Source: Candidatus Latescibacterota bacterium (GTDB lineage Bacteria > Latescibacterota > UBA2968 > UBA8231). Taken from it: a stretch of 64,000 nt of DNA. Positions 1 through 8,738 of the stretch are shown one piece after another. Location of the stretch: the NCBI GenBank assembly GCA_965208105.1, contig OZ242318.1, forward strand, positions 3,296,001 through 3,360,000. The letters run 5' to 3'. The notes below the pieces were generated by a model. It saw only the letters and a program-made list of their open reading frames with translations, ran no database searches and had not been told where the DNA came from. Position numbers and translations under genes: made by a program. The first letter of the stretch is position 1. Each line of letters starts with the position of its first letter.

Positions 1-114
1 GGGGTGCGCGCCGGGGTCACCCTGGAGTCGCGCCTTGCGATCGAGCTGATGAATGCGGTTCTGATGCACCAGGGGCAACGAGTCGACCCGAAGAATTTCA
101 AGCTGTTTCCCTGA
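1..114 (+). CDS. 3' end of an upstream CDS (partial, product unknown)
   Basis: Frame 1 is open from base 1 (GVRAGVTLESRLAIELMNAVLMHQGQRVDPKNFKLFP) to TGA at 112-114, 15 bp before the next ATG. Confidence 0.6.
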   Translation, partial: GVRAGVTLESRLAIELMNAVLMHQGQRVDPKNFKLFP

Positions 115-129
115 AGGAATGCCAGGAAG

Positions 130-2832
130 ATGATACAGACTTACGAGTTCGAGGAAGCGGGCAGGCTGCCCATGCCTGGAGACAATGTAGCCATTGCTGC
201 GCGCAGACTGGAGAGGGGTGCAACGGTTCGCTACAGGGGCAGATTGCTGCGGATGGATTGCACTGTAATGGAAGGCCATCGCTTTGCGGTTCGACCGATC
301 GCCGCCGGCGAATTCCTGCTGTCGTGGGAGCTTCCCTTCGGCCGGGCCGTATGCGATATAGAGCCGGGGACCTATGTCCGCAACGGGGAGATCCTGGAGG
401 CTATGAGCCTGCGCAGACTCGATGTCGAGATGCCCGAAAAACCTAACTTCGAGGACTGTTTAGAGCCTTATCACCTGGACGAAGAGGGGTTTCTCCCTGG
501 CCGACAGGTTGATCGCTACGTCGAGAAGCGGACCTTCCTCGGGTACGGGCGAGATGGTGGACGCGGCGTGGGAACGCGCAACTACATCGTGGTTTTGGGT
601 ACCAGTTCTCGGACATCCGGTTATGCCCGGGTCCTGGCCGAGCGCTTGCGAGGTGAAGCTGATGCCCATCCCGGAATCGACGGCGTGGTGGCCGTGGCCC
701 ATACGGAAGGCGGTGAGAACGCGGAGCCTAACAACAAGGAACTCCTCCTGCGAACACTGGCCGGCTTCGTGGTCCATCCCAATGTGGCAGCAGTACTGGC
801 TGTGGATTACGGCGCTGAGGCAATCACCAACAAGGTCCTGCGCGACTATATGGCGAGTCAAGGCTATCCCCTGGACCACGTGCCGCATCATTTCATGACT
901 CTGAGAGGTGGGATTCAGGCATTCCTGGAGGAGGGCGAAAGGCGTATCCGGGAATGGCTGGATCAGGCAGGCCGGATTGAACGCCGCGAGCATTCTCTGG
1001 ACCATCTCAAGATCGCCCTTCAATGCGGAGGATCGGATGCCTTCTCGGGAATCTCGGGGAATCCACTCGTCGCCAGGTTGGCGCGGGAGCTCATCCGCTA
1101 CGGTGGCGCGGCCAATCTGGCAGAGACCGATGAGTTGATCGGCGCCGAGTCCTACGTCCTGCAGAATGTCAGAAACCTGGCGACCGCCCGGAAATTTTTG
1201 AAGTTTATGGAGCATTTCAAGGATTGGTCCGCCTGGCACGGCAATTCGGCCGACGCCAATCCATCAGGGGGAAACAAGCTGAGGGGGATCTACAACATCG
1301 TGCTCAAGTCCATCGGCGCCGCCAGGAAGCGGGACCCGGATGTGCGCCTGGACTATGCCATCGACTACGGGGAGACCATGCATGAACCGGGTTACTATTT
1401 TATGAACAGCCCGGGAAATGACCTGGAAAGCATTGCCGGACAGGTGGCATCGGGGAGCAATCTGATCTTTTTCGTGACAGGAAATGGATCCATTACAAAC
1501 TTCCCCTTCGTACCGACCATCAAGGTCATAACCACTACCAGGCGCTACGAGCTCCTGTCAAAGGAAATGGACCTCAATGCCGGTCAGTACCTGGAGGGCG
1601 CCCAGATGGACGAACTCGCCCTCAGCGCATTCGAACACATGGTGGAGATTGCCTCCGGGGCGCGTTCCATGGGGGAAAAAGCCGGCCATTCTCAAGTTCA
1701 GATCTGGCGCAACTGGCGACAGCGGGACGGCAGCAAACTGGATACATTGCTGGAAGCCGGGTTGCCCCGCAACGAGCCACTGGGAATCCAAAAGGAGGAT
1801 GCTGCCGCGACCTGGACCATGAAGGCAGTCCGCAACGGCAGCGGGCAATCCGGTGACCAGCTCGGTCTCGTGGTTCCTACCAGTTTGTGCTCGGGTCAAA
1901 TTGCCCGCATCTGTGCAGACCGTCTCAATGCCAAAGGACTTGGCCGCGAGCAGGGAATCTCGCGCTTTGCCGCCCTCGTTCACACCGAGGGCTGCGGTGC
2001 GTCGGCAGGGTCCAACGAGCAAATCTATATTCGCACCCTTCTTGGCTACCTTACCCACCCCCTGGTCAGATGCGCAGTCCTATTGGAGCACGGATGTGAG
2101 AAAACCCACAACGATTATATATGGAATAAGCTCGAGGAAGAGGGAATCGATCCTCGCGGTTTTGGCTGGGCTAGCGTGCAAATGAATGGGGGGCTGGAAA
2201 ATGCGGTGGAAAAGGTCGAGGAATTTTTCACACAGGCAATTTCAACCTCCGGCCCTGCGGAATATTCAGAAACGGGGTTGGAAGGTCTGCATTTGGGGCT
2301 GCTGAACTCGGGGCCGATTTCGGCGGATGCGGCACAGAGCATGGCTCGCCTGACGAAACAGGTGGTGGGGGCTGGAGGCAGGGTAGTAGTTCCCGAGAAC
2401 GCCGGCTTGCTGGAGGCTGCGGCCTTTAAAGAGGAGGTCCTCATTGATCCTGACGGGAAAGCTTCCCTGGCCTATGGTCACCGGGCGCCGAGATCCGGAT
2501 TTTACATAATGGAAGCGCCCTCCGGCCACTGGGTGGAGACGCTTACCGGCCTGGGGGCCACAGGAGTGGGGATGATACTGGCCCACGTGGGAGAGCATCC
2601 CGTGCAGGGACATCCCCTGGTGCCGATGGTCCAGGTCGCCTCGGAAGGGAGAATTCGGGGACTTTACGGTGAGGATGTGGACCTTGAGCTGGAAGGTCCG
2701 GTGGACCAGTTGGTAGGGCAGTTATTGGAACTGCTGGCAGCGGTGGGATCGCGAAGATATGTGCCCAAGGCAGTGACCCAGGGGAATATGGACTTCCAAC
2801 TCACGAGGGGACTGCTGGGGACTTCGGCCTAG
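130..2832 (+). CDS. UxaA/GarD-family sugar-acid dehydratase (SAF domain plus a duplicated dehydratase region)
   Basis: N-terminal SAF (DNVAIA...GHRFA); GTRNYIV, HTEGG, LQCGGSDAFSG, NPSGGN and TGNGS motifs; second partial copy HTEGCG...LEHGCEK. Confidence 0.85.
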   Translation: MIQTYEFEEAGRLPMPGDNVAIAARRLERGATVRYRGRLLRMDCTVMEGHRFAVRPIAAGEFLLSWELPFGRAVCDIEPGTYVRNGEILEAMSLRRLDVEMPEKPNFEDCLEPYHLDEEGFLPGRQVDRYVEKRTFLGYGRDGGRGVGTRNYIVVLGTSSRTSGYARVLAERLRGEADAHPGIDGVVAVAHTEGGENAEPNNKELLLRTLAGFVVHPNVAAVLAVDYGAEAITNKVLRDYMASQGYPLDHVPHHFMTLRGGIQAFLEEGERRIREWLDQAGRIERREHSLDHLKIALQCGGSDAFSGISGNPLVARLARELIRYGGAANLAETDELIGAESYVLQNVRNLATARKFLKFMEHFKDWSAWHGNSADANPSGGNKLRGIYNIVLKSIGAARKRDPDVRLDYAIDYGETMHEPGYYFMNSPGNDLESIAGQVASGSNLIFFVTGNGSITNFPFVPTIKVITTTRRYELLSKEMDLNAGQYLEGAQMDELALSAFEHMVEIASGARSMGEKAGHSQVQIWRNWRQRDGSKLDTLLEAGLPRNEPLGIQKEDAAATWTMKAVRNGSGQSGDQLGLVVPTSLCSGQIARICADRLNAKGLGREQGISRFAALVHTEGCGASAGSNEQIYIRTLLGYLTHPLVRCAVLLEHGCEKTHNDYIWNKLEEEGIDPRGFGWASVQMNGGLENAVEKVEEFFTQAISTSGPAEYSETGLEGLHLGLLNSGPISADAAQSMARLTKQVVGAGGRVVVPENAGLLEAAAFKEEVLIDPDGKASLAYGHRAPRSGFYIMEAPSGHWVETLTGLGATGVGMILAHVGEHPVQGHPLVPMVQVASEGRIRGLYGEDVDLELEGPVDQLVGQLLELLAAVGSRRYVPKAVTQGNMDFQLTRGLLGTSA

Positions 2833-2996
2833 TGTCCCGTCGCAGAGATAGGTTGACGAAATTGGGCCGCCGAGGCGCCCGGCTCACCAGGCGCCTGAGC
2901 GAGTCGTACCAGTGGTGTACGGCGAGTGAAGGCAACGCCGTGAGCCGGGATGGACCGGCGGAATAATGGCGACATATCTCTGCGACGGGATACTAG
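2829..2996. mobile_element. CTAG-flanked palindromic mini-element (MITE-like), copy 1
   Basis: 25-bp terminal inverted repeats with 2 mismatches (CTAGTGTCCCGTCGCAGAGATAGGT / ACATATCTCTGCGACGGGATACTAG); core shared with 29831-29997 and flanks shared with 24645-24773. Confidence 0.8.
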
Positions 2997-3012
2997 TGCC
3001 TGTCACGGGCTG

Positions 3013-4095
3013 CTAGGCTGCGTGCTTCTCCATTAGTTCCGTAAAATATTGGAAGAGATGGAAGCTGTCGTGCGGGCCGGGCGAGGCCTCCGGGTGACAC
3101 TGAATGGAAAAAATGGGCAACTCCTTGTGGTGCATCCCCTCGACGCAACCATCGTTGAGGTTGACCCGGGTGATCTCCATATAATCCGGCAGGGATTTCC
3201 CCTCGATTCCCCAGCCGTGATTCTCGGAGGTGATCAAAATGCGGTCGGTGGTTTTTTCCATAATCGGCTGGTTGGCGCCCCGGTGGCCGAATTTAAGGTG
3301 GAAGATCGTCCCTCCACAGGCCAATCCAAGGATCTCATGTCCCAGGCATATGCCGAAAATGGGTTTTTTGCCCATGAGTTGCCTGCAGGTCTCGATGGCG
3401 TAGTGCAGTGGACGGGGGTCGCCTGGTCCATTGGACAGGAAGATGCCATCTGGTTCCAAAGCCAGTGCATCCGAGGCCGTTGTGGTGGCCGGTACAACAG
3501 TCACCTTACAACCGGCTTCCACGAGTTTAATGATGATGTTGCGTTTGATTCCATAATCAAAGGCAACCACGTGGAAGCGCGGATTGGCGGGACCTTGCAC
3601 ATACGGTTGGGAGCATGTCACTTCTCGCACGAGATCAATACCTTCAAGACCCTTCCAGGTCCGGGCTTTGGCGACCAGGCTATCCGGGTCCAGATCCTCG
3701 GTTGAGATTGCGGCGTTCATAACCCCGTGGATGCGCACGCGCCGGGTCAGTTGGCGAGTGTCGACACCTTCAATTCCCAGGATGCCTTGTTCTTCGAGGT
3801 AGGCCGGTAAATCCTGGGTCGAGCGCCAGTTGCTTGGCCTCCGACAGCACTCTTTAACTATGAATCCCCTGACATGTGGACGGCTCGACTCCTGATCGTC
3901 CGGATTGATCCCGTAATTGCCGATTAGAGGGTAGGTCATGGCGATGATTTGGCCGGCGTAGGAGGGATCGGTGAGGATTTCCTGATAGCCGGTCATGCTG
4001 GTATTGAAGACCATTTCCCCCAGTTCCTCACCGGAGGCGGCGAATGCGCGGCCTTCAAATACGGTGCCATCGGCGAGGGCGAGCAGGGCTTTCAT
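3013..4095 (-). CDS. carA: Carbamoyl-phosphate synthase small subunit
   Basis: GEMVFNTSMTGYQEILTDPSY, LSNGPGDP, GICLGHE, KFGHRGANQP and QCHPEASPGPHD motifs. Confidence 0.97.
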   Translation of the reverse strand: MKALLALADGTVFEGRAFAASGEELGEMVFNTSMTGYQEILTDPSYAGQIIAMTYPLIGNYGINPDDQESSRPHVRGFIVKECCRRPSNWRSTQDLPAYLEEQGILGIEGVDTRQLTRRVRIHGVMNAAISTEDLDPDSLVAKARTWKGLEGIDLVREVTCSQPYVQGPANPRFHVVAFDYGIKRNIIIKLVEAGCKVTVVPATTTASDALALEPDGIFLSNGPGDPRPLHYAIETCRQLMGKKPIFGICLGHEILGLACGGTIFHLKFGHRGANQPIMEKTTDRILITSENHGWGIEGKSLPDYMEITRVNLNDGCVEGMHHKELPIFSIQCHPEASPGPHDSFHLFQYFTELMEKHAA

Positions 4096-4235
4096 CCGGC
4101 GAAGGCGCTCCTTTTAGCGGCGACGCGGAACGAACCGCACAGTGGTTTGAGGTTTGTTTTAATCAGCAGGAGTGGTCTGTTTCTGGCGCTGGAACGACCG
4201 GTTGAATATAGGAAGTACTCCGGCTTGTGGACAGG

Positions 4236-5273
4236 CTACTGGTTGGGAGGAAATATGCGACGCTGGCGCCGCCGGGCGCGCTCCTGCATGTCTACGTCGG
4301 GATCGAATTCACCCACAATTTGGGCGCCTACAATCTCCTCGAGTACGTCCTCCAGGGTGACGATGCCGGAAAAGACTCCATACTCGTCGACGACTGTGAA
4401 GAGGTGTACGCGCCGTTGGAGGAATTCTTTCAGCAACTGGTCGACGCGGACCAGCTCGGGCACTGGATGAACCGGTCGTTCCAAATCCGCGAGTCTGGCA
4501 TGGTCGCGGCCGTCTACCAATGCATTGAAAACATCCCTGCGCATGACCAGGCTGACGATCTGGTCTTTGTCCTTGTCGTACAGGGGAACGCGGCTGTGAG
4601 CCCAGCCACCTGCCTGCTGCCGCGCTTCAACCAGGTTCAGGTTGCGGTCGAGGGAAAGGACTACCGTGCGTGGGGTCATGATGTCGCGAGCGCGCAGGGA
4701 GTGGAGGTTGAGAATGTTCCTGATTACCCGCTCCTGGTCCGGGGCAATAGCCCCCGACCTTCTTCCCATGCGGGCTATGACCTCAATTTCTTCCGCGGAG
4801 ATTTTTGGGGCAGCTTCGGCGCTCCTGGTGATGATGCGAGTAAGAAATTGATTGAGCCAGATGAAGGGAGTGAAAAGCCAAACAAGCCACTGAATGGGAT
4901 AGGCGATGAGGGTTGCCAGGGAGCGGGCGTAGAGGACCCCGGCCGTTTTGGGGATGATTTCTGAAAATACGAGTACGGAAAGGGCGAGAGCGCCGGTAAA
5001 ATAAACTTCGTTGCTCCTGCCGAAGACTCCTGCAAAGGCAGCACCGGCGATGGCGGCGCCCCCGGTATTGGCGAGGGTGTTGAGCGAAAGAATGGCCGAA
5101 ATCGGGCGCTGGATATCGGCGTGGAGGGTCTTCAGGATTTTTCCAGAAGGACGGCCCTGATGGGCAAGGGTCTCGATCTGGCTGGGGGACAAGGAGTATA
5201 GCGCTGCTTCCAGGAGCGAGCAGATACAGGATACGAGAAGAACCGTAGCTATAGCCAGGATCAGTGCGGTCAT
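4236..5273 (-). CDS. CNNM/hemolysin (TlyC/CorC)-family protein, DUF21 plus a CBS pair
   Basis: CSLLEAALYS, SEIIPKT, IMTPRT, HSRVPLY and VVDEYG...GIVTLEDVLEEIVG; start placed at MTALILA. Confidence 0.9.
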   Translation of the reverse strand: MTALILAIATVLLVSCICSLLEAALYSLSPSQIETLAHQGRPSGKILKTLHADIQRPISAILSLNTLANTGGAAIAGAAFAGVFGRSNEVYFTGALALSVLVFSEIIPKTAGVLYARSLATLIAYPIQWLVWLFTPFIWLNQFLTRIITRSAEAAPKISAEEIEVIARMGRRSGAIAPDQERVIRNILNLHSLRARDIMTPRTVVLSLDRNLNLVEARQQAGGWAHSRVPLYDKDKDQIVSLVMRRDVFNALVDGRDHARLADLERPVHPVPELVRVDQLLKEFLQRRVHLFTVVDEYGVFSGIVTLEDVLEEIVGAQIVGEFDPDVDMQERARRRQRRIFPPNQ

Positions 5274-5479
5274 GGTGGAGGATGGCTGAATGTAAAAGAG
5301 AGAAGTCCCTCCCAGGGGACCTCTCTCTTCCTTTAAAACGCTATGTTCAGGGAAAGTCCATCCGGGAGTTTTTCCAAGTCCACAATTCATCAAACCGGGG
5401 GAACGATGGATCCAGCTGCTTCTCGTTAACCCGGTACCCCAAAGGGACTTTCTTTTAAACTTTCAGCCGTATTGCTGCA

Positions 5480-6040
5480 TTATTGGAGATGTTTGTTGAC
5501 CAACTTGGTCATTTCGAACATGTTCACCTGCTTTTTCCCCTCGAAGACCTCCTTGAGCTTATCGTCGGCATTGATCATCCGTTTGTTCTGTGAGTCCTGC
5601 AGTTCATTCTTCTTGATATAAGCCCAGAGCCTTTTGACCACCTGAGTTCGAGGTAGACTTTTGCCGCCCACTATGGCCCCGAGGGCAGCATCGGGTTGTA
5701 GTGGCCTCATGAAGGAGGGGTTGGCCTTGCGCCTGGCCTTCTTCTTTGGGGCGGCTTTCTTCTTAGGAGCAGCTTTCTTCTTTGGGGCGGCTTTCTTCTT
5801 AGGAGCGGCCTTCTTCTTGGGCGCAGCTTTCTTCTTGGGGGCGGCCTTCTTCTTTGGCGCGGCCTTCTTCTTGGGCGCGGCTTTCTTCTTTGGGGCGGCC
5901 TTCTTCTTTGGAGCAGCCTTTTTCTTGGGCGCAGCCTTTTTCTTGGGCGTAGCCTTCTTCTTAGGCACGGCCTTCTTCTTTGCAGCAGCCTTTTTCTTGG
6001 GAGCGGCCTTCTTCTTTGGCGCGGCCTTCTTCTTAGCCAT
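5480..6040 (-). CDS. Histone H1-like Lys/Ala/Pro repeat protein with a C-terminal SWIB/MDM2 domain
   Basis: 17 xKKKAx units followed by FMRPLQP..L.AIVG...LPRTQVVKRLWAYIKKNELQD...INADDKL...MFEMTKLV; AGGAG RBS upstream. Confidence 0.9.
   Translation of the reverse strand: MAKKKAAPKKKAAPKKKAAAKKKAVPKKKATPKKKAAPKKKAAPKKKAAPKKKAAPKKKAAPKKKAAPKKKAAPKKKAAPKKKAAPKKKAAPKKKAAPKKKARRKANPSFMRPLQPDAALGAIVGGKSLPRTQVVKRLWAYIKKNELQDSQNKRMINADDKLKEVFEGKKQVNMFEMTKLVNKHLQ
5732..6037 (-). repeat. Coding 18-bp tandem repeat (about 17 units, PKKKAA)
   Basis: Units such as TTCTTCTTGGGCGCGGC recur with synonymous variation. Confidence 0.9.
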
Positions 6041-6384
6041 GAGATTTCTCCTTGCTATGCGCGAGGAAGGAAAAGGTATTATTACTTCAAAAATAGCACG
6101 TTATGCAGGAGTTAGTCAAGCAAAATTGCAATTGTAATTACGAGGGCAAGAGAGAAGAAAAGCGCATCCTTTCCGCATCCCGATCCTTCGAGACAATGGA
6201 GAGTTCTGGCGAGCCTGATGACCCCGACAAGGAGTTGGTCTGACTGTTGGAACTTTGTCGTTTCCATGGAAAGATCATGGGCGATGATTCACTTCCACCC
6301 AGGGGCAGGAGATGATTGTATGTATCCGGAATAGGGCTGGTTTCTCCAGGGGGAATTGCGCTCGTTCCAACCTCACGAGAGAGT

Positions 6385-6413
6385 TTGACACCAGAGAATA
6401 AGTATTCTATTTT
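6385..6413 (+). promoter_or_regulatory. Putative sigma70 promoter upstream of proC
   Basis: TTGACA-17 bp-TATTTT in an AT-rich stretch about 75 bp before proC. Confidence 0.5.
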
Positions 6414-6486
6414 AAGAGTACTTACAGCCAAATTTTAGCACCGGATTTTACAAGGTCAAAGGCCTTTTTCCTGCCCGAAGAAAATA

Positions 6487-7299
6487 ATGATCGAAAATTG
6501 CAAGATAGGGATCGTGGGGGTCGGAAATATGGGGGAAGCTCTGTTGGAAGGCCTCCTGGCCGCAGGGGGTGTTGCGGCGGAGCATATCACGGCCGTGGAC
6601 ATCCGCACCCGTCTCCTCCAACCCTTGCGCGAACGGGGAATCCGCACCAGCACCGAGATCGAGTCCGCGGTGTGCAATCAGGATATCGTGGTCCTGGGGG
6701 TAAAGCCACAGCAATCCGCCGCTGTATTGAATGATGTCAGGCAACATTTGAAGCGAGAACAGGTGCTCGTTTCGATGATGGCAGGAGTCAGCACGGCCTG
6801 CATTGAGGAGCAGGTCCGCACTCCTGTCGCCGTGGTTCGGGTTATGCCGCAGATTTTGGCTCGCCACCGAACAGCCGCATCCGGTATTTGCGCCGGAAGG
6901 CATGCAACAGACTCACAGTTGCAACTGGTTCAGGAACTCTTCGAGGAGGTGGGCAGCACGGTAGTGGTAGCGGAGGCGCAGATGGACGCGGTGACCGGAC
7001 TCTCCGGCAGCGGACCGGCATTTGTATGTACGGTCATCGAGGCTCTGGCCGATGGAGGCGTCCGCATGGGCTTGCAAAGGGACGTGGCACTGAAACTGAG
7101 TGCCCAGACCGTGCTCGGAGCCGCCCGCATGATTTGCGAAAGTGGAAAACATCCCGCCATTGTCAGGGACCAGGTCACTTCACCCGGAGGCACTACCATC
7201 GCCGCCCTGCACATGCTCGAGGAGAAGGGCCTGCGAGACGCCTTGATCAGCGCGGTGAAGGTGGCGGCGGACCGAGCCGCGGAGCTGAGTCAATCATGA
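6487..7299 (+). CDS. proC: Pyrroline-5-carboxylate reductase
   Basis: GVGNMG, VKPQ, RVMP, DAVTGLSGSGPA and VTSPGGTT motifs. Confidence 0.96.
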   Translation: MIENCKIGIVGVGNMGEALLEGLLAAGGVAAEHITAVDIRTRLLQPLRERGIRTSTEIESAVCNQDIVVLGVKPQQSAAVLNDVRQHLKREQVLVSMMAGVSTACIEEQVRTPVAVVRVMPQILARHRTAASGICAGRHATDSQLQLVQELFEEVGSTVVVAEAQMDAVTGLSGSGPAFVCTVIEALADGGVRMGLQRDVALKLSAQTVLGAARMICESGKHPAIVRDQVTSPGGTTIAALHMLEEKGLRDALISAVKVAADRAAELSQS

Positions 7300-7898
7300 T
7301 CGCCATCATCGATTATGGAATGGGCAATCTGCGCAGTGTGGAAAAGGCCTTCGAGTACCTGGGATTTCCTGCAGAGATTGTGCAAAACCCGGCTCAGTGT
7401 GACCACGGCAGCCACCTGGTACTTCCCGGGGATGCCGCCTTTGGCGATGCCATGCGCAATTTGCGAGAGAATGGCTGGGTCGACGCAGTCTGCCGAAACA
7501 TCGAAAGGGGCAAGCCCTTTCTAGGGATCTGCGTTGGATTGCAGTTGATGTTCGGAGAAAGCGAGGAAAGGGGCATTCACAAGGGCATTGGCCTGCTGCC
7601 GGGCAAAATCAGGCGGTTCCCTACTTCGGAGAGAGTCCCCCAAATCGGATGGAACCAGATTTCCCTCAAGAGACCGGCCGAAATCCTCGAGGGAGTTGGG
7701 GAAGGCAGCTTCTTTTACTTTGTCCATTCCTACTATGTGGATGCTGATTCTGAGAGGGATTGTGTTGCAACGACTGAATATGGCCTCAACTATACCTCCA
7801 TAGCGGCTCGGGACAACATGTTCGGGGTCCAGTTCCACCCCGAGAAAAGCCAGCATGCGGGGCTCCGGATACTCCAGAATTTTGCCGGTTTGAATTGA
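7296..7898 (+). CDS. hisH: Imidazole glycerol phosphate synthase glutaminase subunit
   Basis: MIAIIDYGMGNLRSV, GICVGLQ, YFVHSY and QFHPEKS; ATGA overlap with the proC stop. Confidence 0.96.
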   Translation: MIAIIDYGMGNLRSVEKAFEYLGFPAEIVQNPAQCDHGSHLVLPGDAAFGDAMRNLRENGWVDAVCRNIERGKPFLGICVGLQLMFGESEERGIHKGIGLLPGKIRRFPTSERVPQIGWNQISLKRPAEILEGVGEGSFFYFVHSYYVDADSERDCVATTEYGLNYTSIAARDNMFGVQFHPEKSQHAGLRILQNFAGLN

Positions 7899-7902
7899 GT
7901 AG

Positions 7903-8670
7903 ATGTTAGCGAAACGGATAATTCCCTGCCTCGACGTGAAAAATGGCCGAAATGTCCGCGGAGTCAAATTTTCGGCTGATCGCGATGCCGGCGATCCTGT
8001 GGAGTTGGCCACCCTCTACGACCGCCAGAGGGCGGATGAATTGGTTTTTTACGATATCACCGCGTCCGCCGACGGCCGCGCCATTGTCATGGACCTGGTC
8101 GAGCAGGTTTCCGAAAGAGTCTTCATCCCTCTCACTGTGGGTGGAGGTATTCGGACCTTCAAAGATATCCGTCAGATCCTCAAGGGAGGCGCCGACAAGG
8201 TCTCGATAAACTCTGCGGCCGTGGCCCATCCTGAAATCATCGGACAGGGAGCCGAGAGTTTTGGCAGTCAGTGTATCGTCGGAGCGATCGATGCATTGCG
8301 CCGGACCGGCACCGAAACCCCCGCCTGGGAGATATACGTAAACGGCGGCCGCGATTCCACCGGAATCGACGCCCTCGAATGGGTAGAGGAGTTGGTGGAC
8401 CGGGGTGCGGGCGAACTGGTCCTGAACAGCATCGATGCCGACGGTACGCGCGATGGCTACGACATTGAGTTGAACCGTGCAGTTGCCCAGCGGGTGGAAG
8501 TGCCGATTGTGGCATCGGGTGGGTGTGGCAGTGCCGAGCATATCTATCAGGTTCTCACCGCAGGCCAGGCCAGTGCCGCCCTGGCGGCTTCCATTTTCCA
8601 CTACGGCGATTACACGATCTCCGAGGTCAAAGGCTTTCTGAAAGAACGGGGGGTAGTGGTCCGGGAATGA
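7903..8670 (+). CDS. hisF: Imidazole glycerol phosphate synthase cyclase subunit
   Basis: [40 protein letters not shown] and ALAASIFH. Confidence 0.97.
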   Translation: MLAKRIIPCLDVKNGRNVRGVKFSADRDAGDPVELATLYDRQRADELVFYDITASADGRAIVMDLVEQVSERVFIPLTVGGGIRTFKDIRQILKGGADKVSINSAAVAHPEIIGQGAESFGSQCIVGAIDALRRTGTETPAWEIYVNGGRDSTGIDALEWVEELVDRGAGELVLNSIDADGTRDGYDIELNRAVAQRVEVPIVASGGCGSAEHIYQVLTAGQASAALAASIFHYGDYTISEVKGFLKERGVVVRE

Positions 8671-8738
8671 TATGACTGATACGGCAAAATCTCCAGGATT
8701 CCAGCTCTGCCGAAGATGAAGGCAGCTTACAGGAAGGT

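Noticed and set aside
5732-6037. Tandem repeat considered as a CRISPR array
   Set aside because: Contiguous 18-bp coding units with no unique spacers and no cas genes; no CRISPR array was seen in the window
5661-6137. Plus-strand ORF with (GAAFFL)n repeats
   Set aside because: Antisense shadow of the PKKKAA repeat gene, which has an RBS and a real SWIB domain
6138-6431. 97-aa minus-strand ORF in the SWIB-proC gap
   Set aside because: No recognisable motif, Ser/Pro-rich and overlapping the likely promoter
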